Source: Terriglobia bacterium
Lineage (GTDB): Bacteria > Acidobacteriota > Terriglobia > Acidiferrales > UBA7541
Length of the DNA: 64,000 nt
Direction of reading: 5' to 3'
NCBI GenBank assembly: GCA_963695545.1
Contig: OY968796.1
Span: 1,760,001 to 1,824,000, forward strand
The translations under genes were made by a program, and so were the position numbers. The notes under the pieces were generated by a model that was not told the origin of the DNA, ran no database searches, and saw only the letters and a list, made by a program, of their open reading frames with translations. Shown here one piece after another: positions 10,132-17,782 of the stretch. How positions within the stretch are numbered: the stretch's first letter is position 1; the number at the start of each line of letters is the position of its first letter.

Positions 10132-10169
10132 AAGGAGGCTGATTCCCAAAAATCAGCCTCCTTCGCTTT
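10132..10169 (+). terminator. Terminator-like hairpin related to the 9438 hairpin
   Basis: Perfect 13-bp stem aaggaggctgatt/aatcagcctcctt. Confidence 0.7.
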
Positions 10170-10170
10170 G

Positions 10171-10360
10171 GTAGCACAGGCACTCCTGCCAGGGTGCCGC
10201 TCGCAGTAGCCTGTGTAACTTTCTGTGGGTGCCGCACCCTTTGTCTTTAAGGGTGCGGTTTTTGACTTTGCTTTTCCCGGACGCCCCCGCACTCGCTCCG
10301 AACGGGCGAACGTGGGCCGCTGATCTTTGCCTATGTAGTGCCAGCCGTTCAGGCTGGCAT
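10171..10360. repeat. Cluster of REP-like palindromes
   Basis: gtagcacaggcactcctgcc; ccgcaccctt..aagggtgcgg hairpin; gtagtgccagccgttcaggctggca (10335). Confidence 0.6.
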
Positions 10361-10377
10361 CTTGTTTTCAGCTTGGC

Positions 10378-10566
10378 TTATCTCGAATGCAAACGAATCA
10401 CCGAAGGCTTTTCCCCGCCATCGAAGTGGCAACTCACCGCGTCCCGCACCATCTTCCTCAATTCCTCAAGGCTCTCCGCCTGCGTGAAAATGGCACATCC
10501 CAGCGCGCGCGCCTCGTACCCGCCCTCCGGCGATTCCTCCACTGCGAAGATGATTTCTTTTTGCGT
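10378..10566 (-). pseudogene. Decayed HicB-like antitoxin gene
   Basis: Manual translation: TQKEIIFAVEESPEGGYEARALGCAIFTQAESLEELRKMVRDAVSCHFDGGEKPSVIRLHSR*. ACG stands where a start would be, with an in-frame TGA 4 codons upstream; no hicA partner is visible. Confidence 0.7.
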
Positions 10567-10768
10567 CGACCCGCATCAGCGTATCCGGGAACTCCCACGC
10601 CGGGACGTGCAACGGCCGGATTCCCATTTCGACGTTCCTCCGTGAAGTTCTCGACCCACTAAGTGGGCGCAGTTCCATCGGTCGCGTTTGGCCAGAGGAT
10701 TGCTAACGCAAGAGTTGATCAATCCGACTGTTTTGCGTTTAGAAGTATCGGAGTGATAAAGTCGCGGG

Positions 10769-11614
10769 GTGGCACGAAAACGCACTCAGCCCGCGTCCCA
10801 ACTGAGTCATGACGAAGAATACTTTGAGACATTGGCCGGAGCTCTCCGTGTATGCGCGAAATACAAACCGATGTTCGGCCAAGGAAGAGCCGGTGGCGGA
10901 ATGACGCTAGAGCAATTTCGTCAATTGTACGGGTCTGATCCGTTCTACAGCTGGATCGGCATGGATTCACCGATGATGTACGCCGCTCACAAGGCGGCGG
11001 GAGGTATGACCTCGATTTACAGGCAAGTCGGAATCGGAGCACAGTGGATTTTCAACAAGGTGTTGCAACACACGCTTGGACTGTCAGCAGAACAAGCAGC
11101 GTGGGTCTACGAAGTCCCAAAAACAGGCGTGGGAACCAGAAAGCTGTCACTTGACGGCAGGATTGAGGTCCGCGATATTGCGGACGTGAACGCAAAGCGA
11201 CGAGTCCAAAACTGGATCAACAGTGGACTGAAAAGGGTTCTCGTTGATCCAGCGGCCGCGAGCGCTCCCAAGATGGGCGCCGTGTTCGAAGTTCGTCAGG
11301 GATACAAGAGCAAGGACTCCAAACGTCAGAACGCCGACCTTGCCAACGCCGCCAGCGCCTACGTTGAAGGCTATATGCCGGTTGTCGTGTTACTCTCGAC
11401 CCAGATAGACGGGGACGTCGCAATGCGCTACACCGAGGCTCGTTGGCTGTTGTTGACGGGAACGAAAGCAGGAAGCACGGTCGAGAGCACATATGCCTTT
11501 TGCCGAGACGTTCTCGGCTACGATCTCGCGGCGTTCTTTGAGCGCAACTCCGCGCGCTTCAAAGGCGAGATTGAAAAGGTGCTGACAGCACTATTGAAAC
11601 CCGATGGCAAGTAG
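10769..11614 (+). CDS. Putative type II restriction endonuclease (PD-(D/E)xK-like)
   Basis: LDGR...FEVR acidic motif; overlaps the methyltransferase gene by 11 nt; visibly lower GC than the flanking genes. Confidence 0.7.
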   Translation: MARKRTQPASQLSHDEEYFETLAGALRVCAKYKPMFGQGRAGGGMTLEQFRQLYGSDPFYSWIGMDSPMMYAAHKAAGGMTSIYRQVGIGAQWIFNKVLQHTLGLSAEQAAWVYEVPKTGVGTRKLSLDGRIEVRDIADVNAKRRVQNWINSGLKRVLVDPAAASAPKMGAVFEVRQGYKSKDSKRQNADLANAASAYVEGYMPVVVLLSTQIDGDVAMRYTEARWLLLTGTKAGSTVESTYAFCRDVLGYDLAAFFERNSARFKGEIEKVLTALLKPDGK

Positions 11615-12854
11615 AGCCTCAACCGCAGTCCAACGTCTCGATCACCTCACTCACCGGGGCAACACGAAGTACACCCGATACGGATGGCTGCGACTGACGC
11701 CCGCGTTCTCTATACATCTAATCCTTGATCTCGTAAGGTCCCTGCCGACCGATGCTCGCGTCCTTGATCCGTTCTGCGGAACGGGCACAACCGCGCTTGT
11801 ATGCGCAGAGGAAGGCGTGGACTGTGACACGGCCGACATCAATCCGTTCTTGCTGTGGCTGGCCTCCGCAAAGACTGCCAACTACTCCAGACAGGAAATC
11901 GAGGCCGCCAAGAACGGCGCAGAACAGATCACGGTGGCGCTGCGAAACCGAAACGGGAAAACGGCCTCTTGGTACCCTCCACTGTTTAACATCGAAAAGT
12001 GGTGGGACGGCCCGATTCTGGAACGACTAGGCAAGATCAGGTCGATGATCGAAGATCAAGCAACGCAGCTAGGCCCGCAGGCCACGACACTGCTCAAAGT
12101 TTCCTTTTGCCGAGTGGTGATCGAGCTAGCGAATGTGAGTTTCGGGCATCAGTCGATGTCTTTTAAGAAGCCGCAAACCCAGATGGTGCTGCAAATTTTG
12201 ACCGACGCGACCGAAACAGTCGCGGATAAATGGCTCGAGACCACAAACAGCATACTTCAGGCCGCTCAGACACACATCCAGACCAAGCCGAACTGTTTGC
12301 CCTGTGACGCACGGAGCTTGACCGACACTTTTGCGCGAGCGAGCTTTGATTGTGTCATCACCTCACCGCCGTACCCAAACAGAATGAGCTATATACGCGA
12401 ACTTCGTCCCTATATGTACTGGCTCGGTTATCTGTACGATGCGCGCCAAGCCGGCGAACTCGACTGGAAAGCAATCGGAGGGACCTGGGGTTGCGCGACA
12501 AGCAACCTCAATGCGTGGCAAGCACCTGAATCAGGAATCCCGTTCTCAGAATTCGGGTCAATCCTGGCCCGAATTTCCAAGTCGAGCGGGCTGCTTTCCC
12601 GTTATGTCCACAAGTATTTCTGCGACATGGCGGTTCACGTTCGAGAATTGTTCGAGGTTGTGAAGCCCGGCGGAACTGTGCACTACATCGTGGGCAACTC
12701 GAAATTCTACGACGTCTTGTTGCCGGTGGAGCAGATATTCACATGCCTGTTCGAGCATGCCGGATTCGTGGATGCAAACTACACCGTTGTCCGAAAACGA
12801 ACGTCGAAGAAAGAATTGTTTGAATACGACGTCACCGCGACAAAACCGCTCTGA
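11604..12854 (+). CDS. Site-specific DNA amino-methyltransferase, probably N4-cytosine, alpha motif order
   Basis: Motif I VLDPFCGTGTT near the N-terminus; motif IV ITSPPY well downstream. Confidence 0.88.
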   Translation: MASRASTAVQRLDHLTHRGNTKYTRYGWLRLTPAFSIHLILDLVRSLPTDARVLDPFCGTGTTALVCAEEGVDCDTADINPFLLWLASAKTANYSRQEIEAAKNGAEQITVALRNRNGKTASWYPPLFNIEKWWDGPILERLGKIRSMIEDQATQLGPQATTLLKVSFCRVVIELANVSFGHQSMSFKKPQTQMVLQILTDATETVADKWLETTNSILQAAQTHIQTKPNCLPCDARSLTDTFARASFDCVITSPPYPNRMSYIRELRPYMYWLGYLYDARQAGELDWKAIGGTWGCATSNLNAWQAPESGIPFSEFGSILARISKSSGLLSRYVHKYFCDMAVHVRELFEVVKPGGTVHYIVGNSKFYDVLLPVEQIFTCLFEHAGFVDANYTVVRKRTSKKELFEYDVTATKPL

Positions 12855-12882
12855 CTGCGGGCGGGCCTTTTCCACCCCTCCT

Positions 12883-13181
12883 ATTCGAATAGCTCATTAA
12901 TTTACATTGACACACAAGTACAGTTCGTGCTAAGCTTCTGAATGTACGCCGAACACATCATCCGTTTTTTCGCCCCCAACCCTTCTAGAATCAATACTTC
13001 TGAAAAATCGCATTTTAAACCTTTTAGAATCACCAGTTCTGGCGCAAAGGACTTAAAGTCGTTCAGAATCAGCACTTCCAAAAAACACCCGGGGGGGAGG
13101 GGGGTACCCGCCCTCCATGTATCGGTTTTTTCGATCGTCGCCGCGGCGGTGGCTTTCGTAGCGGAGGCCTTCAGGCCTCCA
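12883..13181 (+). mobile_element. Dispersed promoter-bearing repeat element, copy A (putative non-autonomous element or ncRNA unit)
   Basis: TTGACA(12907)-N18-TAAGCT(12931), ATG 12942, three AGAATCA units at 39-bp period, aaaaacacccgggg, terminal 24-bp GTAG hairpin identical to 51191-51214. Confidence 0.55.
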
Positions 13182-13223
13182 TCCTCGTGGAGTATTATGG
13201 CGCCGGGTGAAACCACAACTCCA

Positions 13224-15065
13224 ATGACAAAACTTAGAATCGCGCTCCTACTCACGCTTCTCGCCGTCGCATCGACTGCTTGCGTTACCGCGCGCGCGCA
13301 AAGCACTACGGCGCCGGCCGCGACGGCCTCCGCGCCGCCGAACGTCACGCCCCCAACGCCGGTTCCGGGGCCGTATACGCTTGGTCCGGATTCGCAGCGC
13401 CAACCCAACGTGCCGCAGGGCGTGGTGACGAAATATACTTGGAGCACCAGCCAAATTTATCCCGGCACCACGCGCGACTACTGGATCTACGTTCCCGCGC
13501 AATACACAGCGACAAAGCCGGCTTGCCTGATGGTTTTTCAGGATGGCGGCGGAATGGTCGGCGAGACCGGCGGCTGGCGCGTGCCCATCGTTTTCGACAA
13601 TCTGATCGCCAAGGGCGATATGCCGGTGACCATCGGCGTGTTCATCAATCCCGGCGTGCTCACGGCGCTGTCGCCAGAAGTTCAGCAGAATCGTTTCAAT
13701 CGCAGTTACGAGTACGACGCGCTCGGCGACCGCTACGCACGTTTCCTGAGCGAGGAAATTCTGCCGGAACTCGCGAAGCTCTATAACATCTCGACGGATC
13801 CGAACGACCGCGCCATTGCCGGCTCAAGCTCCGGCGGAATCGCCGCGTTCAATGCCGCATGGAATCGACCCGATCAATTTCATCGCGTGATGAGCTTTAT
13901 CGGCAGCTTCACCAATCTGCGCGGCGGCGACGCGCTCGCCACGCTGATCCGCAAGACCGAGCCCAAGCCGCTGCGCGTTTTTCTGCAGGATGGCAGCGCT
14001 GACCAAAACATCTACGCCGGCAGTTGGTACCTCGGCAATCAGCAGATTTTCACCGCGCTGCAATACGCGGGTTATGAAAGCACGTTCGTCGTGGGCACGG
14101 GCGGCCATAGCGGCGCGCAAGGTGGCGCAATCCTGCCCGATGCGTTGCGCTGGTTGTGGAAGGATTATCCGAAGCCGATCGCCACTCCCGCGCCCGCCAT
14201 GGGCGCTGAGGCTCCTGCGGCTTTCATCGATCCCGCCAGTGGATGGCAACTCGTCGGCGATGGATACAAATTCACCGATGGCGCCGCGGTCGATAAGCTC
14301 GGCAACGTTTATTTCACGGATCGCCCCAACAATCATATTTACAAAATCGATCTCGACGGCAAAGTCAGCATGTGGCGCGAGGACGGCGAAGGCGCAACCG
14401 GCATGGTCTTCGGCCCCGATGGCCGCATGTATCTCTGCGAGCCGGCGCGCCATCGCATCGTCACCATCGCGCCCGATGGCACGGAAACCGTGCTCGCCGA
14501 AGAGATCGACGATCCGAACGATCTCGCCGTGCTCGCGAACAACACCGCCTATTTCACCGATTCCAATAAACACAACGTGTGGTTCATCGACGCCAAAGGA
14601 AACAAGCGCGTCGTCTACTCCGGCACGGACACCTCGGGAATCAATTTCCCGAATGGCGTGCGCACCTCGCCCGACGAGTCCCTGCTGATGGTTTCGGACA
14701 CGCGCAATAAATGGGTTTGGTCGTTCCAGATCGAGGCGGATGGCTCGCTCACGAATGCCGAACCGTTTTATCGCCTCGAAACGCCCGACGACGATTCGCA
14801 AAGCGATGGCGACGGCATGACCGTCGATACGCTGGGATTTCTCTACGTCACCACGAAGCTCGGCGTGCAGATTTGCGATCAGCCCGGCCGCGTCGAGTTG
14901 ATTCTGAACAAGCCGTCAGACGGCTGGCTTGCGAGTATCGCCTTCGGCGGCCCGGACATGCAGTGGCTCTACGTCACCAACAAGGACAAGGTTTATCGGC
15001 GGCACATGGTGCGCACCGGCATTCCGTCCTGGGCCGTGCTGAAGCCGCCGACGCCGCATTTGTGA
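13224..15065 (+). CDS. Secreted fusion: Fes-like alpha/beta esterase + SMP-30/gluconolactonase beta-propeller
   Basis: Signal peptide MTKLRIALLL; GSSSG nucleophile elbow; PND, FPNG and DGMTVD SMP-30 motifs; alternative start at 13197. Confidence 0.88.
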   Translation: MTKLRIALLLTLLAVASTACVTARAQSTTAPAATASAPPNVTPPTPVPGPYTLGPDSQRQPNVPQGVVTKYTWSTSQIYPGTTRDYWIYVPAQYTATKPACLMVFQDGGGMVGETGGWRVPIVFDNLIAKGDMPVTIGVFINPGVLTALSPEVQQNRFNRSYEYDALGDRYARFLSEEILPELAKLYNISTDPNDRAIAGSSSGGIAAFNAAWNRPDQFHRVMSFIGSFTNLRGGDALATLIRKTEPKPLRVFLQDGSADQNIYAGSWYLGNQQIFTALQYAGYESTFVVGTGGHSGAQGGAILPDALRWLWKDYPKPIATPAPAMGAEAPAAFIDPASGWQLVGDGYKFTDGAAVDKLGNVYFTDRPNNHIYKIDLDGKVSMWREDGEGATGMVFGPDGRMYLCEPARHRIVTIAPDGTETVLAEEIDDPNDLAVLANNTAYFTDSNKHNVWFIDAKGNKRVVYSGTDTSGINFPNGVRTSPDESLLMVSDTRNKWVWSFQIEADGSLTNAEPFYRLETPDDDSQSDGDGMTVDTLGFLYVTTKLGVQICDQPGRVELILNKPSDGWLASIAFGGPDMQWLYVTNKDKVYRRHMVRTGIPSWAVLKPPTPHL

Positions 15066-15077
15066 GTGCCAAAATTC

Positions 15078-16667
15078 TTAGGCTGCGGGTTTTGCGACGA
15101 TCGCCGGCGACTCAAGCGGCTCGCGTTTTCGCGCCGCGAGCCACGTCCACAGCGTGAGCCCGCTGCGCGCTTCGGCCCGCGCCGGAGCGATGATCGCCGT
15201 CGCGTAGCCCACGGCGAGCAGCACGACGTTGCCCACGACGCCGATCATGTATTCGTGCCACGTGAAGCGCGGCAGATGCAGTCGCGCCGCGACGCTCGCG
15301 CTCTCCGTCAGCGTCGCCCAGAGCGTGAAGACCAGGTTCGCGGCGATTCCGAGTTGTGCCGCGCGCGCCGTCGCTCTCGTGCTGAGGAACGCCAGCAGGA
15401 ACAGGCCCGCAAGCCCTCCTGCGACGACGGACATCACGCCGTAGTAGAGCGTGAGCGCCGTGCCGTGGCTGTGGATCAGCGTCCACGCCACCGCCAGCGC
15501 GGCGGCGCCCACGCCGAGCACCGCGACGCGCCCGACGCGCAGTTGGGCCGGGTCGCCGCTCGCCGGCCGCAGGAGGCGGTACCCGTCTTCGACGATGATC
15601 ATGGAAAGACAATTTAAATCCGACGCCAGCATGGCCATCGCCGCGCCGAACAGCGCCGCGAGAAAAAGTCCGGCAACGCCCGGAGGCAAATGCGTCGAGA
15701 AGAAGTACGGGAAAATCTGGTCGCCCTTCGTCACGTACGCGGGCAAGTGCTCGCCGGTGATCTGGAAGTACGACCACAGCAACGATCCGATCAGCATGAA
15801 CAGCGCCCACACTGGAATGCACAGCGCCGCGCCGAGCAGAATGCCGCGCAGCGCGGCGCGATCGGTCTTGGCGGAAAGATAGCGCTGCACCACCGATTGA
15901 TCGGCGGTGTATTTCTGGAGGTAGTACGACGTGCCGTAGAGCAGCAGCACCAGCATCGTCGGTGAGCGCAACGAGAGCGACGCGCTGCCAAGGCTTATCT
16001 TGTGCGCGTCCCACGCGACGCTGAGCGCGTGCGCTGGCCCGCCCGGCGGCAGAAAAAGTAGGTAGCCGACAGCAACCAGCCCGCCGCACGCCAGCAGAAT
16101 GGCTTGCAGCACGTCGGCCCAGATTACGGCTTCAAGCCCGCCGACCAAGGCGTACAACACGGCGACCACGCCGGCCAGCAGCAGAAGCGATTCGACGCGC
16201 CAACCCGTGATGCTGTTCACGGTGAGCGCGAGCAGATAAAAAACGAATCCCATCTTGGCGAGATGTCCGACGCCGAACATCAGCGCCGCGTAAACGCGCA
16301 CCGGTTTGCCGAAGCGGCTTCCGAAATACTCGAACGCGCTCATCCTCACCGCGTGGCGATAAAACGGCACGATCACAAATCCCGCGAGCAACGGGATAAG
16401 GAGAATCATCGCGCCCGGCATCATCAGCGACCAATCGCCTGCGAATGCCGATCCCGGATACGAGACGAACGTGAGGCTGGTGATAATCGTGGCGAGCAGC
16501 GAAATGCCCATCGCCCATCCGGGAATCGAGCGCCGCGCGACGAAGTAACTCTCCGTCGTGGTTTGCCGCCGCGAGAAGTACAGACCGAGCGCGAGCAACA
16601 CGACGAGGTACAAACCGATCACGGCGGGATTAATCCACGCCGCGCTGATCGACGCGGCGCTGCTCAT
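15078..16667 (-). CDS. Sodium:solute symporter (SSS family)
   Basis: YFVARRSIPGWAMGISLLAT, GGLEAVIWAD, DQSVVQRYL, many TM helices; ATGA overlap with the pdxA2 stop. Confidence 0.92.
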   Translation of the reverse strand: MSSAASISAAWINPAVIGLYLVVLLALGLYFSRRQTTTESYFVARRSIPGWAMGISLLATIITSLTFVSYPGSAFAGDWSLMMPGAMILLIPLLAGFVIVPFYRHAVRMSAFEYFGSRFGKPVRVYAALMFGVGHLAKMGFVFYLLALTVNSITGWRVESLLLLAGVVAVLYALVGGLEAVIWADVLQAILLACGGLVAVGYLLFLPPGGPAHALSVAWDAHKISLGSASLSLRSPTMLVLLLYGTSYYLQKYTADQSVVQRYLSAKTDRAALRGILLGAALCIPVWALFMLIGSLLWSYFQITGEHLPAYVTKGDQIFPYFFSTHLPPGVAGLFLAALFGAAMAMLASDLNCLSMIIVEDGYRLLRPASGDPAQLRVGRVAVLGVGAAALAVAWTLIHSHGTALTLYYGVMSVVAGGLAGLFLLAFLSTRATARAAQLGIAANLVFTLWATLTESASVAARLHLPRFTWHEYMIGVVGNVVLLAVGYATAIIAPARAEARSGLTLWTWLAARKREPLESPAIVAKPAA

Positions 16668-17770
16668 GTGATGGATGGCGTGGAACCGCTTGCGGATTGC
16701 GCCGAGCTGCTGGGAGATTGTGCCGATCCGCTGGGAGACTGTGGCGAGCCGCCGGGAGACGTCGGTGGCGTAATGGGAGATGGCGGCGGCGTGGCGCATC
16801 GCGTGCGCGCGCGGTTCTCCGCCATTTTCGCGGCCATGCGCATGGCGGCTTTCATGTTGCGCGCGTCGGCTTTGTTTTGTCCGGCGATGTCGAAGGCCGT
16901 GCCGTGATCGACGGAAGTTCGGATGATGGGGATGCCGACGGAAATATTCACGGTCTCTTCAAAATCGATCAGCTTCATCGGAATGTGTCCTTGATCGTGA
17001 TACATCGCGACGACCAGATCGTAGGCGCCGCGCGAAGCTTGCAGAAAAATCGTGTCGGGCGCGGCGGGACCGTCGCAGGGAATTCCAGACTCGCGCGCCT
17101 GGTGAATCGCGGGCGCAATGATTTGTTCATCTTCGGTGCCGAAAAGGCCGTGTTCGCCGGCGTGAGGATTAAGTCCGCACACAGCGATGCGGGGTTGCGC
17201 GAATCCGAGCAAACGCATGGCTTCGTGACCCGCTTTGATCGTGCGCACGATGCGCGGCGTATCCAGCTGAATGGCTTTGCGCAGCGGAACGTGCGTCGAG
17301 ACGTGCACGACGGCGAGACGCTGGTTGGCGAGAAGCATCCAGGACTCCGTGCAGCGGCACAGTTCGGCGATGTATTCGGTGTGCCCGGAAAATGATCGGC
17401 CGGAGAGTGTGACCGCTTCTTTGTTCAGCGGCGCAGTGACCATGGCATCCGCTTCTCCCGCGAGGCACATCTCGGTGGCCTTGCGCACATAGCGGACGGC
17501 CGCCGCGGCGCAGGCGGCGCTGAGGTGTCCGAAGCGCAGGCCCGATTTTTCGTGCAGCTCTTTGAGATCCAAGATGCGCGCGTGCAATTCTTGCGGTTTG
17601 ATTCCGCAGGTTTGACCGGTGCGATCAAGCACCCAGGCGTCGCCGACGACAATCCAGTTTGCGAGCGACGCGATTTCAGGATCGGCGAGCGCTTTGAGAG
17701 TGATTTCGGCGCCGACGCCGGCCGGATCGCCGATGGTGACAGCGATCGATTGTTTTTTCTCTTCCGTCAT
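16664..17770 (-). CDS. pdxA: PdxA-family dehydrogenase, likely PdxA2 (D-threonate/D-erythronate 4-phosphate dehydrogenase)
   Basis: TIGDPAGVG, TAPLNKE, GHTE, GLNPHAGE, MYHDQG, RTSVDHGTAFDIAG; adjacent DUF1537 kinase. Confidence 0.92.
   Translation of the reverse strand: MTEEKKQSIAVTIGDPAGVGAEITLKALADPEIASLANWIVVGDAWVLDRTGQTCGIKPQELHARILDLKELHEKSGLRFGHLSAACAAAAVRYVRKATEMCLAGEADAMVTAPLNKEAVTLSGRSFSGHTEYIAELCRCTESWMLLANQRLAVVHVSTHVPLRKAIQLDTPRIVRTIKAGHEAMRLLGFAQPRIAVCGLNPHAGEHGLFGTEDEQIIAPAIHQARESGIPCDGPAAPDTIFLQASRGAYDLVVAMYHDQGHIPMKLIDFEETVNISVGIPIIRTSVDHGTAFDIAGQNKADARNMKAAMRMAAKMAENRARTRCATPPPSPITPPTSPGGSPQSPSGSAQSPSSSAQSASGSTPSIT
16691..16795. repeat. Degenerate 21-bp tandem repeat in the pdxA2 3' end
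   Basis: gggaga recurs at 16712, 16733, 16754 and 16775. Confidence 0.8.
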
Positions 17771-17782
17771 GCTTCGCTCCCG

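Noticed and set aside
10769..11614. Naming the restriction enzyme or its recognition site
   Set aside because: Cannot be supported without a REBASE search
12978..13094. CRISPR array
   Set aside because: Only three degenerate units at 39-bp period, no identical repeats and no cas genes in the window
12942..13223. N-terminal extension as part of the annotated esterase-lactonase
   Set aside because: The signal peptide starts at 13224 and the extension derives from the repeat element; kept only as a finding
16664..17770. Vitamin B6 biosynthesis role for pdxA
   Set aside because: Linkage to a DUF1537 kinase and a transporter points to the catabolic PdxA2 type
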